A DNA stretch of 44,965 nucleotides from Folioceros fuciformis (taxonomy: Eukaryota): assembly GCA_049999805.1 (NCBI GenBank), contig JBNGIO010006186.1, positions 52,401-97,365 of the forward strand. Direction: 5' to 3'. Both the position numbers and the translations under genes were made by a program. Below the pieces are notes generated by a model. That model ran no database searches. It was not told the DNA's origin and saw nothing but the letters and a program-made list of their open reading frames with translations. This document shows, piece after piece, positions 22,764 through 34,321 of the stretch. The number at the start of each line of letters is the position of its first letter. Position 1 is the stretch's first letter.

Positions 22764-24533
22764 CTATGTTCCAGCCGGGCCTCTGGCGGCAACGGGGGGA
22801 CCATAGGAGAATCTCCACTGGCCACATGCCTCACAAGTGTCTAGCAGCACTGTGTTTTCCAGAGTGCACTGTCTGCAGGTCCAGGTTTTCGAGGACTTTG
22901 AGGCTTTATTAGGGAGTGGAGGAATGGTTGGAGCAGTTGAGGTGGTGTGGGTTTCGTGTTTGTCCTTGACTGCACTGCAAGCTGCACAGTTGGTTAATAC
23001 GACTGGATTTTGGAGAGTGCACCGACTGCACGTCCAGATTGTGTCACTGTCCTGCTGCTTTGATGTTCCACAAGCGCCACACACGAGGGCAGTTGGCTGA
23101 AAAAAACATTGACACCAGTTTGATGAGTGAGGCATCCAGCACTGCAAGGAAGGGGCTTGATTGCAGACACAGTTAGAATGTCGTGACTGAGATCGGAACT
23201 TACATCGTTCAGGAGTGTGCATGTCGAGCATTCCCACATGTCTGATGAGTGACGAGTTGCTTGTGGATGAGCGGTTAGTGGTGTTCGTGGCGGAGAGCTT
23301 CTGCTGCTGGTGCCTTGCCCGAGACTTTGCTGCCCGTGAGAGCTTGATGCAGCATCACGTTCCACCGCTTGCATTGGTGATGTCCCTTTCCCTTTCCTAT
23401 TGGGAGCCTGGTATTGATCTAGGGCTCCTAGGGCTCTCGCATTTTGCTCCTTCCCTGTCGAAGGGCTGTCCGTCAATTCCTGTGCCTTTCGAATGCCATC
23501 TGGTCCCGAGGTTGCAGGAGCTCCACACCAAATATCGTCTCTGAGCCGCCGTTCAGCTGCCATAGCGGCTGCTTGTAATGGGCTCAGATCCCTCATGATG
23601 CTACTGTCCCCTCCTAGCCGGCGAGGTCCTGATGGCATCAGTGCACTTGTGCGGGCTCGCTTCTCAGCGGCAGCCAGAGCTGCTTGGCGAAGTCCAGTTG
23701 GGGGTGGGTTGTGACGAAAGCCTCCCAGTCGTTGGCCTTGGGCGTCGAATCCTGCACCTGTTCCACCGGTGCCTTTGGCAATGAGCTCCTCACATTCCTG
23801 CCAACAGCAAGAGGGAGAATCAGGGACATGGAGGTGGCAACAGCCACTCCAAAACAAGCTGCTTGGATCCTGCTTTCTTGTTCCAAAACCCTGCAACATG
23901 AGTGCTTACCGAAGTGATCTCATCAAGGAGCTTGTAGAACTTGGCATCGTGAGGGCCACACTCAATGTGTGTCAGCTCATGCAGCAAGGTGCCTAACACA
24001 GACTCGTAGGGTAAAAACTCCGACTCTGGCCCGTGCCTCCTCAGCCTGACCAGGATCTTCTGCCCTCCGTTCACGTTCAGTCCCAGCAGCTTCCCATCTC
24101 TTGGACTGCAAGTATTCCAACAAATTCAAACATGAGAGCAAGCAGTAAGGCCACCATCAAACGCCGGACATCACAAATCTCACCACAATCATTTTCACGT
24201 ACTGCCCTAGAGGCTTCCGTTTCAGGCACATCCGCATTGCAGGCTCCTCGCCAAGGAAATCAAGGGTAACGTGGACAAAGTGAAGACTTCCGAACTAAGT
24301 AGGGTTTCCCTACAGTCGTTCCCGCCTGAAAGCTTTACACGCAAAATAATCAGGCAAACCCCCTCTACTCACCAGAATTCACACAGCAAGGGAACCTGCC
24401 ACTTCCGCTTCCTCATGACGGGCTCAACCTGCCATGCTGCATCCTGCAACATCTTATTGGCATCGGCATCTCGCTCCCCTCCAAGGGTTTTGATCTCCCA
24501 TATCTTGTACAAGGCTCCCTCAGCAACAACCAT
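22764..24533 (-). CDS. WSS1: WLM-domain DNA-dependent metalloprotease with three RanBP2-type zinc fingers (WSS1A-like); exons 24533-24373, 24105-23910, 23797-23204, 23096-22764
   Basis: QVEPVMRKRKWQVPLLCEFC..LLGLNVNGG, an HELTH zinc motif, GPHDAKFYKL, AAAMAAERR and three W-x-C-x2-C-x3-N-x6-C-x2-C fingers. GT-AG introns keep the frame. Confidence 0.93.
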
Positions 24534-24932
24534 GATGAGTCCCTGGAGACAGTTCACTCTCTCCCGCTCGGACTTCCTCGACACTGTGCCACTCCTGGCG
24601 TTCCTCGCACATATGTACGAGACGAACGCATTCGAAAAACATTCCTTTCTAGCAACTTCAGAGCAGATACCGTTGCTCCCGTCGGAAAATGCGTACGCTC
24701 CTTCCTCTTCGTTTGCGTGGGCAACAAGTTTCCGACTTCCAAACTCTTCGATACCAGCCCTGCTACATGGACACTGCTGATGTTTTACCCCTCCGCACCT
24801 CGATTTCATGACGACCGCTACTTTCAACTTTTCTCCGGGTGGGATTCCCTTCTCATGCTACCCTCTGTCATGATCAAGTTGCCTCCATCTTGATCACCAC
24901 CGGTCCAGGCAGTTAGTTCCCGTCCAAGAGAC
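24534..24932. promoter_or_regulatory. Probable shared bidirectional promoter/5' UTR region of WSS1 and LHCB7
   Basis: Divergent start codons at 24533 (-) and 24933 (+) are only ~400 bp apart. Confidence 0.6.
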
Positions 24933-26695
24933 ATGGCGGCTGGATTGTGTATCGCGCCTCTGGGAACCAGGCATCTGCACGTAAGTGCGACCTTTTGCGG
25001 CTTGTTCGGGACGAGAAGACTTCGCGGGTTTTGCTGCGTGGCACGTTGACATTGTCGTGATCTGTGTGTGCTAACCCTCAGAACGTGCTTGTCCTCAGAG
25101 CCACTGGACCGGGCAGCAGATTCGAGTTAGGAAACCGCATTCTAGACATCCACGTTATTCTCGAAAATCTGGCGTGGTGCCATGCAAAGCAGCATGGCAG
25201 GAGGTATGCGACGGATGCCGAACCTTTTCTGCCCGCTTAGAAGCATGGATAGGGGCAGCTGCAAAGGGTTTGATATGGTTGAGGTGCCATCGTCTGATTG
25301 GCGTGGAGCACTCATGGACCTGGAGTGGATGATGAATTCTGTGTGGACTAGCTAGCTGGGGTTTTGGTGTTCTCTGCTCTACCTTTCACGGTGGTGAAGG
25401 CCATCGCCAACAGCTCTCTGGGAGAAAGTATGCAAAACCGTATGAACGAGACCAAAGTAGCTGCTCAGCTGGATGCAGCGAGGATTGAGGCTGCAGAAAG
25501 GCAAGCCCGAGAGGACAGGTGGGCAGTATAGCATCATGCTCCTTTCCACCGTTTGAGTATTGAGGTTTATATCCAGCAAAAAACCTCTCCCCCTCTGCTT
25601 TTGTCGTTGTCGATGATCAGCCTCTTGACCTCCATTCGACATGTTCCTATGGTGCAGCCCTTGGTATGGAGTAAGCAGACCACGCTGGCTGGGACCCATT
25701 TCTTTTGATTATCCTAGCCACTTGAAGGGCGAAGCGCCAGCTGACTACGGATTTGATCTTCTGGGTCTAGGAGAGGATCCGAAGAAATTCAATGTGTATT
25801 TCAAGTGAGCATGCCTCGTCTATGTGTAGAATGGTTTGTGGCTTGGCACTATTCGGTTGTTCCATCTTCTGATAGTGGCATCTGCTGCAGCTCCTCACAC
25901 CTTGGGATCTGGTTTGTTCAGCTTTGAGGTGCTGCATGCACGATGGGCCATGCTAGCAGCTCTGGGTGTAGTGATACCTGAAATACTGGACCGTTTTTGT
26001 GGAGTGTCGTTTTCAGAGCCTGTATGGTGGCGCGTTGGGTACTCTAAGCTTCAGGCAAGGCAGCACACAGCTAGGCTGCATTGTAGGTGTTTAGTTCAGC
26101 AAGATGACGTTTGTCCTGACCGATGGCCACACGTCATCTCCTCCCTTTTAGCCAAGCAGCGTCAATGTGATCTGTATTTGACCAGTTTGCGATGTCGTGT
26201 TGTTGCAGGGAGATACTCTGGACTATCTTGGCATACCAGGCCTCCATATTGCCGGGGCCCAAGGCGTCCTTGTCATCGGCATCTGCCAGGTCCTGCTGAT
26301 GGTATGTAAGAAATGGGATTGGTATCCTGTGTAGAGGAAGTGGTGACATCCGCGAACATGTTCTGATTTGACCTCCATTCCTCCACCAGGTTGGCCCTGA
26401 GTATGCCAGATATTGCGGCATCGAGGCTCTGGAGCCCTTGGGAATCTACCTCCCAGGTGACATCAACTACCCAGGCGGCTGGCTGTTCGATCCTCTTGGT
26501 CTGTCCAGTGACCCAGCCGCATTCCAGGAGCTCAAAGTGAAGGAGATGAAGAATGGACGATTGGCCATGGTAGCATGGCTGGGCTTCTACATACAAGCCC
26601 TGGTCACCAAAGAGGGCCCCGTGGAGAATCTTGTCAACTTCATTGAGGACCCAGAACACAACAACGTGCTAGCGTACACCACCAGCTTGTTCTAA
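24933..26695 (+). CDS. LHCB7: Light-harvesting chlorophyll a/b-binding protein Lhcb7; exons 24933-24980, 25099-25203, 25352-25518, 25658-25804, 25922-26054, 26209-26301, 26390-26695
   Basis: Lhcb7-type N-terminal extension [30 protein letters not shown]. Also [43 protein letters not shown] and [16 protein letters not shown]. The spliced frame is continuous. Confidence 0.95.
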
Positions 26696-28584
26696 CAGTT
26701 CTCGGATTCGGTGAATCCCATATGATGCAGCGAAACGACTTGATTGTGGCTCGTTCTCTCGGACTGCATCATCAGCGTGTCAGAACAGGCCCTTTTTGCA
26801 ACCCATCATATCCCGGCCTGACGGTGGGTTTGGCTTGGGCTGCGTTGCACCGTGCCGGCTTGGCACAACCGGATATCACGGGCGTCCTTTCCAGTCAGCA
26901 AAACGAAGCAAAACCGACCTGGTATATACTGCATCACCGACACACCACCAAACGCTTATAATGTGCATCACAGTGGCGATGCACCAACCACTGTTCTTCA
27001 CTCGCGTACGACCGGCTTTTGGCCCAGCCTGCACGCTCGGCGCATAGGCAACCCGGTTTTCAACAAGGATTCCGAGGACTGCACGAAGCTGTACGACATC
27101 CCCATAAAATATATTTGACACAAAGCTTGTGGGAGCGGTGGGAAGGGAGTGGCCCCGAGATGGGTCATGCATGTTGTAAAGCACATCAATGGCTGCACCT
27201 GCTATGGGTATTCGTAAAGACCAAGACCCGATTCTCCATCCAAAAAGCGGGATCCAGGAAAGCCAAATGTCAGGGAGGGAAAATAGGACAGAATATTACA
27301 CTAGATGCTGCGAGACCAAGGCACAATAGCAGCAGCAGCAAGCTGGAGAGGGACCTCCTTCGAGTTCAAGCAGGAAGGCCTTCAAAGCTGCAGTAGAAGG
27401 AACTCCTTGGGTGCGTGAAGCCCAAGGTCCCCTATGTTTGACGGTGTTTGGCAATGTCATGGGTGCCCAGCCAACCTCCCTCCCTACCCACGCCCCATGT
27501 CCGATGTAGCACTAGAGCATCGAGGGTGGGTAACAAGAGAGCCGGTTTGGCATAATAACTATGTGCTTGTATCTCTGAAGCTTATCGGATTCTGAAATGA
27601 GAGGGCTACTAGACTAGATACATAAACCGGCCCACAAGCCACGAAACCAACCAGACTTCCAGACTGGAAGCGATCGAGGTGGGACGCTGCAGCGCGACAG
27701 GTCGTGCAGTTTCCCGTGCAGAGCGTGAGAGGAGGCATAAACAGGCGAGCAGTGAAAGGGAGGGAGGCGGGGTGACGTGGGCTCTGTCCCTCCAGGCCAT
27801 GTGGAGCTGTCTGGTAACAGTCCCTGGTTCCTGACCATGAGGGTAAATTTGCGTGGCACGCAGTAAACAGAACGTGGGTGGGTGAAGCTTATGCTGGGTT
27901 AATGCACATGGAAGCAAGTGCGGGCTGATTCAGCGGCTAATCTGGGAGATTCGTGGCTACTGGGCTGGCCTGCCTGGATCTCGCTCGCCCACCAAAATTA
28001 CAGCGCCTGTCGCACTGTTGACAGCCCGTGCCGGCCCGTGTATGTACACACATCCTTTCCTCCCAGAGAACTGCAACAGGATGCATCAAACGAGCTGTAA
28101 CCCTACAATCCCTGTAACATCCTCGATTATGCTCGCCTTTCGGTTACCAACCCTCCGCCTTTTCCTGGTCTGTTCGCCTCCTCCGATGCCTGCACCTCGC
28201 TCCATTTCTCGATCACCTCAGGCATTGAAATCCCCAAACCACGTGCCGCCTGCCTGCGGCACGTTACCAAAGGAGTTTGAAGGCCCGCCGCTCGCCTTAC
28301 CTTCCATGTGTTGGAAATTCTATGTAAATCAGCACAAAAGACAAGCCCCGGTATTTAATGGCCTCCCAATTCCTTTGCTCCTCCCATGCGCATCCGAACC
28401 AACCCCTTTCTACGCTCTCTCTTGCATTTTCCATGGAACTCAGGTGCAAGGTGCGAGTAGTCGTACACCGCATACATACGCTACAATATTTTTCATGGGA
28501 GAGTTAGTAGCGATGGTTATTTACACCATGAACAACCGGTATAATATTCCTGTGCTTATTTCTCATACATGCAAACATACATAT

Positions 28585-29410
28585 ATGAGATTCCCAACGT
28601 GTTGGAGACAACTCTCATATAACCCGACAGTCCTCTCCTCTATTGCGGTAGAGGACACTATTGACGGTCCTTTTCTTTGTTAAGGTGGAGGTGCAACACC
28701 TAAGATAAGATGAGATTCTAGCGTGTTTGAGACAACTTTTAATCTATCGGTCCTTTCTTTATGTGAGAGATGAGGTAAGGTCTTGAGGTCTTACGAGGTA
28801 AGGTCTTGAGGTCTTACGAGGTGAGGTCTTGAGGTCTTACGAGGTGAAGTCTCCACCTCAAGATTCTAGCTTGTTTGAGACAACTCTTGATTTGGTTGTC
28901 CTCTCCTTTGATGATAGGTGAGGTGTAATTTGTCAATCCTCTTCTTCGGTAATGGATGAGGTGAGGCCTCTTAAGGTAGAAGCACACTAAGTGAGATTCT
29001 AATCGGCCTCTTAAGGTAGAAGCACACTAAGTGAGATTCTAATCGNNNNNNNNNNCTAATCGGCCTCTTAAGGTAGAAGCACACTAAGTGAGATTCTAAT
29101 CGTGTGTGAGACAACTCTTAATATGACATTCCTCTCTCTTTAGGTGAGATCAGGTAAGACAAGTGTCTCTATGAAGATATAACCAACCTCCAACACCTGA
29201 ATGGACCAATGAGGATGAAGAAAACAGATCGCACCCAAGGACTCTAGGTGGGTATATGTCAGACGTCCTCCAAGTGGGTGATGTCGGACTCCATAGTCTG
29301 GTACTTGGCGTATGTCAGACACCCTCGTCTCAATACATCTCGTACTTGGTGTATGACAAACACCCTCGTCTCATACTTGGTGTATGACAAACACCCTCAT
29401 CTTGTACTGA
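28585..29410. repeat. Nested tandem/dispersed repeat block, probable transposon relic
   Basis: Motif gagattc...gagacaact recurs near 28588, 28712, 28861 and 29090. A 23-bp unit x3 (28772-28840), a 40-bp unit x3 around the gap 29046-29055, and ~31-bp tacttggtgtatgacaaacaccctc units at 29300-29410. Confidence 0.8.
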
Positions 29411-31309
29411 AGATAATATGTGTGCGTGTACGATTCTTTTGTCTCCACAACTCTGCTCGCATTATCGCTCCTAGAATCGCTATCCCCGCGAACCCTTCCC
29501 ACCCACGAGGAGTGCGCAGCTAATGTCTACCATTCTTCTCTACAACCTTAGTCAAAATTGAGGATGGTGGGTACTAGAAGATGAAGATGTGTTAGTCAAA
29601 CATCGTGATTATGTCATATATCTAGATCTAATGTGTGCTTCATATGGATTAGATTTATGAGACACTTGAAGAAGATTATTTTATGTTTACTTAGTTCTTA
29701 TCTATGAGTGAAATCATGAAGATAAGTGTGGTGTACTCAAGAAGGATGGCAACAAGAAGGATGGCAAGGACTGGATGATCTAGTGTTGGACAAGATATTA
29801 TATTAGATGGGGATAGACACTTTAGATTGTTTAAGTGCTAGATGATTAGGTGGTAAGATACGTAAGAACGGAAGGGATGTGAGGTGAGTGGAGGTGATTG
29901 AGGGCGGGTTTGAACGGTTACCATAATGGTGGTGGAGTCAAAAGGCCGATGGGAGCTGAGGGGGGACGGTGTGTCTACCGTCTTTGCCTAGGGGAGTGAT
30001 TAGCGGGTGAGAGAAGGAAGGGAAGGCGAGTGTGCGTTGGAGTCAAGTTGAACAGGGTGGCAATAAAGTGCGAAGAATCGAGGTTTGCGGAGAAAGGGCC
30101 AAAACCGGACGGGGCCGGAGGCCAGGCCAGGGGCCCGGGACGGAGGAAAGCAGCAATTTATTTTTGGGTGGGAAAGAACGTGTGGATCATTCAGCCAGGG
30201 CGCTCGCCCCGGCCCGCCCATCCCGCCTCCTGCTGCTTGCGTTGGGTGCCTTTGGCTGTTCTGCGGTCCGCCACCCTTCTGCCGTCTCTCCTCCAGATCT
30301 ACCTTTGGCTGGCCTGCGCTCGGCAGCGCTGCTCTGCTCTCTGCTGCTCTTCGCCTTCTCCTCTCTGCTGGACTGGACTTGAGTCGGGCCGGATCGGATC
30401 GGCCTGCTTCCTTACTGCCTTGCTTCCTGCTGGCTGCTAACTTTGGCGCGAACCTGCTGGTGGGCGAACTCGGGAGCTGCCGGGTCGAGCCGGGGAGTGT
30501 CTCGGAGGTGGTTGCTGGCTTGGCTCGCTTGTGGGTGTGTTTGTCTTTCGGGAGGATTGCTGGGGGGCGCTTGGATGGTCGCCTGCCTGGTCCAGCATTA
30601 CACTTACACGGCGCTTTCTGCGCCGAGAACGTGAGAGTGTGGCATTGTGGTTGTGGGTGCTGGATCGAGTGGGGGAGGGCTTTGTTGGGCCTCTCGGGGA
30701 GGAAGGGCGCCGAGTTGGGTGGTGTTGTTCCCGCTTCTTGCATGTTGGTGGGCTGTGCGAGTGAGTCTATGATGCAGTGATCTTGTGAGTGTGTGTGCAT
30801 TTTGCCTAACAGATCGCTGCTTCTGGCAGTGGTTTTGTGGGCGGTAGCGTGTTCGGAGCGGGGCGGGAAATGCTGATTTTTGTCGTGGTTTGCAGCGATG
30901 GTGATCGCAAGTGCTGAGGCCAGAGGTGCGAGGACGATGGTGGGCGGCGGCGGCTCTGCTAGAACACGCGTGGTGGGCGCCCCCAGGCGGGGGAAGAATT
31001 CAGGGGGCCTTTAGTGCTTTCCAGCCGGGCTCCATCCAAGCGCTTGATGGTGTGGAGCTATGCTGTTGGAGGAGCTGCCTTTGCCGTCGCAGTGAGGGAA
31101 TTGGAGAGCAGGGGATGCGGAGACGGCACCGAGCCTTGGCTTTGTAAGGTGGTGGGTGCTGCGGACTTGGATGGGTTGCCACGGGCGAAGCATATGCAGC
31201 AGCGTTATCGGGGGAGGCTGTGACGCAAGCTGAACTGACCATATTCTGCTCCAGCATTTCTTGCTCGGGACGGTATTGGATCACGCTCCAGCTCAAGGAT
31301 ACAGGAATC

Positions 31310-34300
31310 ATGGGTGGTGGCAGGAATGGCAATGTCGGTGTCCAGAGTTTGTTCTGCTCCCTGCTATTGGGAGCCTTGCTAGTCAGCGTCTGCCATGGGC
31401 TCACCAACAACATGGAGGAGCTTTCGGATTTCTTCTCTGGCCTCAGCCCGCAGTCCAAGTTAAACTGGCCGCAGTCCGATCCCTGCGGGAGCTCGTGGAA
31501 CTTGGTGTCCTGCACCGGAGCCGACGTGACTGCCATTTTCATCAAGGGCCTGGGCCTCACGGGGACGCTCCGACCTAGCCTCACGCAGCTTCCCATGCTC
31601 ACCAGGCTGGATGCGCAGGTGAACTCCCTGGAAGGTCCCCTGCCCACCTTCAATGGGACCTCGGCGCCGCTCATCACCACGCTCTTCCTCGGTAGCAACC
31701 AGTTCTCGGCCATCCCAGCCGACTTCTTCAAGGGGCTCACCGCGCTGCGGATTTTCTCTCTGGACAAGAATCCACTGGCTGCGTGGCCCGCCCCGGATCT
31801 GTCCAACAACCCCATGCTGGTCAACTTCACTATCAGCAACTGCGGCGTGACAGGCCCCATTCCCGACACCTTCGGCTCTCTCACGTCTCTCACGACTCTC
31901 TCGATGTCGTACAACTCTCTCACGGGGCCTCTTCCCCCGAGCCTGGCCTCGGGGCGGGCTCTCAGCGTGCTGCAGCTCAATAATCAGGCGCCTCCTGGCT
32001 TGTCCGGAAATCTCAGCATTCTCGGGGATCTGCTGGGACTGACTGTTGCGTGGCTTCATGGGAACAGCTTCTCCGGGCCTCTGCCTGACAACCTGCCGTC
32101 TGGGCTGCAGGACCTTAGGCTCAACAACAATCAGTTGGTGGGTCCTCTTCCACCCTCCATGGCCTCACTCACTGCCCTCCAGACTCTCTACATCCAGAAC
32201 AACCATCTCAGCGGGCCTCTCCCTTCCTTCCCCAACAACAAACTGGATCTGACGAAGGACGATACTGACTTCTGCGGGGCAAGCTGCAACCCTGAAGTCG
32301 ATGCTCTGCTGGTCTTCCTGGCAGATTTAGGTTACCCCCAGAGCCTGGCTATGGCTTGGGTTGGTCCTGATCCATGTGCTCCATGGAAGGGGATCGTGTG
32401 TGATACCGCCGCAAATCCCAGCATCACGGTTATCAACCTCCCTCTGCAGCAGCTCACAGGAAGTATTTCTCTGGCTCTCGGCAATCTCACCGGTCTTCAA
32501 CAGATAGTGTTGTACAACAATTCCCTCACTGGCACCATTCCTGATCTGTCTGGTCTGCCCCAGCTGGTGAAGATGGACGTGAGGTACAACAGCCTGAGTC
32601 CACCCGTGCCTTCTTTCCCTCCCAGGGTCACTGTCCTGACAGTTGGGAACCCGGCGATCGATGCTCTCTCCATTCCTCCCAGTGTTCCCCCGTCTGTTGC
32701 TCCTGGAGCTACTCCTCCTGTGTCTCCTGCAGCTCCTCCCTCGGTGTCTCCTGCAGCTCCTCCCTCGGTGTCTCCTGCAGCTCCTCCTTCCGTGTCTCCT
32801 CCTGTGACTGCTGCCCCTGGCTCTGCCCCTGGTTCTGATGCCCCTGGGTCGGCTCCTGGTGGGACCTCAAAGCCTTCTCCTCCGTCTGGCACACCACCCG
32901 GAAAGACTGGTGCAGCGCCGTCATCAGGTGATGCAGCTGGTGCTGTGGCAGGAAGTAGCAAGTCTTCTTCCATACCCGTGGCTGCGGTTGCTGGACCAGT
33001 TGTAGGAGTTGTTTCTTTTTTGGTTCTTGCGGGAGTCCTATTCTACTGCTGCTATCAGAAGAAGAGGAAGGGATTCCTGAGGGTCCCGAGTAGCACCACC
33101 AGTGTCATGATCCACCCCCGAGACTCTTCTTCGGATCCGGAAGTGGTCAAGATCGTTGTGGGAGGCAGTGCTGGGGCTGCAAGTAAGACCCACAGCAGGA
33201 CCAGCAGTGGGCCAAGTGATGTCACGGTTGTGGGAGAGCCTAACAATCTGGTGATCTCCATCGAGGTTCTGCGGGACGTGACCAAGAACTTCAGCGACGA
33301 GAATGTGTTGGGAAGGGGCGGGTTCGGTGTGGTGTACAAGGGACAGCTCGAGGATGGAACCATGATCGCTGTGAAGAGGATGGAGGCAGCAGTGGTGTCC
33401 AGCAAAGGGCTCAGCGAGTTCCAGGCCGAGATTGCCGTCTTGACTAAGGTGCGACACCGTCATCTGGTGGCATTGCTGGGCTACTGCGTGGAGGGCAATG
33501 AGAGGCTTCTTGTGTATGAGTACATGCCGCAGGGAACATTGAGCCAGCATCTCTTCGACTGGAAGAGCCATGACGAGAAGCCTTTGCCCTGGAAGAAGAG
33601 GCTCTCCATCGCCCTGGATGTGGCTCGTGGGATGGAGTATCTGCACGGGCTTGCCCACAAGAGCTTCATCCACCGTGACTTGAAGCCATCCAATATCCTT
33701 CTGGGAGATGACTTCCGAGCCAAGGTCTCGGACTTCGGGTTGGTGAAGCTTGCCCCTGAAGGCAAGTACTCTGTGGAGACAAGGCTGGCAGGCACATTCG
33801 GCTATCTTGCTCCAGAATATGCTGTGACAGGACGGGTGACCACGAAGGCAGATGTGTTCAGCTTTGGGGTGGTGCTGATGGAGCTGGTCACCGGTCGGCG
33901 GGCACTGGATGAGACCCAGCCAGAGGAGAACATGCATCTGGTGACATGGTTCAGGCGGACCAACACCAACAAGGATAACTTCATGAAGGCCATCGACTCT
34001 TCCATCGAACTCAACGAAGAGACTCTCCAGACAGTTCTCATTGTTGCCGAGCTTGCAGGACACTGTACTGCCCCCGAGCCGTACCAACGTCCAGACATGG
34101 GTCATGCTGTCAACGTCCTTGCACCCCTGGTGGAGATGTGGAAGCCCTCCAACTACGACCCCGAGGACAACGCCGGCATCAACATGGAGCTCTCCCTTCC
34201 TCAGGCGCTCAAGCAGTGGCAGGCTCTGGGAGACCTTTCCATGACCAGCAGCCTGGATGACACAAAGACCAGTCTTCCAACAGGTTTTGCCGACTCCTTC

Positions 34301-34321
34301 ACGTCAGCAGACGGTCGTTGA
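31310..34321 (+). CDS. TMK: TMK-type (LRR-IX) leucine-rich-repeat receptor-like kinase, single exon, ~1003 aa
   Basis: Signal peptide, then two LRR blocks split by a Cys pair (DFCGASCNPEVDALL..WVGPDPC..WKGIVC), with QLNNQ and WLHGNSFSGPLP. TM helix, then ISIEVLRDVTKNFS..GRGGFGVVYKG, HRDLKPSN, DFG and GTFGYLAPEYAVTGRVTTK, ending TGFADSFTSADGR. First ATG is at 31310. Confidence 0.96.
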   Translation: MGGGRNGNVGVQSLFCSLLLGALLVSVCHGLTNNMEELSDFFSGLSPQSKLNWPQSDPCGSSWNLVSCTGADVTAIFIKGLGLTGTLRPSLTQLPMLTRLDAQVNSLEGPLPTFNGTSAPLITTLFLGSNQFSAIPADFFKGLTALRIFSLDKNPLAAWPAPDLSNNPMLVNFTISNCGVTGPIPDTFGSLTSLTTLSMSYNSLTGPLPPSLASGRALSVLQLNNQAPPGLSGNLSILGDLLGLTVAWLHGNSFSGPLPDNLPSGLQDLRLNNNQLVGPLPPSMASLTALQTLYIQNNHLSGPLPSFPNNKLDLTKDDTDFCGASCNPEVDALLVFLADLGYPQSLAMAWVGPDPCAPWKGIVCDTAANPSITVINLPLQQLTGSISLALGNLTGLQQIVLYNNSLTGTIPDLSGLPQLVKMDVRYNSLSPPVPSFPPRVTVLTVGNPAIDALSIPPSVPPSVAPGATPPVSPAAPPSVSPAAPPSVSPAAPPSVSPPVTAAPGSAPGSDAPGSAPGGTSKPSPPSGTPPGKTGAAPSSGDAAGAVAGSSKSSSIPVAAVAGPVVGVVSFLVLAGVLFYCCYQKKRKGFLRVPSSTTSVMIHPRDSSSDPEVVKIVVGGSAGAASKTHSRTSSGPSDVTVVGEPNNLVISIEVLRDVTKNFSDENVLGRGGFGVVYKGQLEDGTMIAVKRMEAAVVSSKGLSEFQAEIAVLTKVRHRHLVALLGYCVEGNERLLVYEYMPQGTLSQHLFDWKSHDEKPLPWKKRLSIALDVARGMEYLHGLAHKSFIHRDLKPSNILLGDDFRAKVSDFGLVKLAPEGKYSVETRLAGTFGYLAPEYAVTGRVTTKADVFSFGVVLMELVTGRRALDETQPEENMHLVTWFRRTNTNKDNFMKAIDSSIELNEETLQTVLIVAELAGHCTAPEPYQRPDMGHAVNVLAPLVEMWKPSNYDPEDNAGINMELSLPQALKQWQALGDLSMTSSLDDTKTSLPTGFADSFTSADGR
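32712..32802 (+). repeat. Coding 24-bp repeat (PPSVSPAA)n in the TMK extracellular juxtamembrane linker
   Basis: gtgtctcctgcagctcctccctcg occurs three times in tandem. Confidence 0.85.

Noticed and set aside
26722-28683. Short ORFs after LHCB7, including the 221-aa ORF at 28018
   Set aside because: No recognisable motifs and mostly non-ATG starts. Likely UTR or intergenic.
29005-29101. 40-bp triplication as a biological repeat
   Set aside because: Identical copies flank a 10-N gap, so copy number may be a scaffolding artefact.
28585-29120. Spaced repeat motif resembling a CRISPR array
   Set aside because: Repeats are degenerate, and spacers are irregular in length and internally repetitive.
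30000-30800. 266-aa and 231-aa ORFs upstream of TMK
   Set aside because: Low-complexity GC-rich promoter, leader and intron sequence.
33038-34105. 355-aa minus-strand ORF (and 31000-31980)
   Set aside because: Antisense shadows of the TMK coding sequence.
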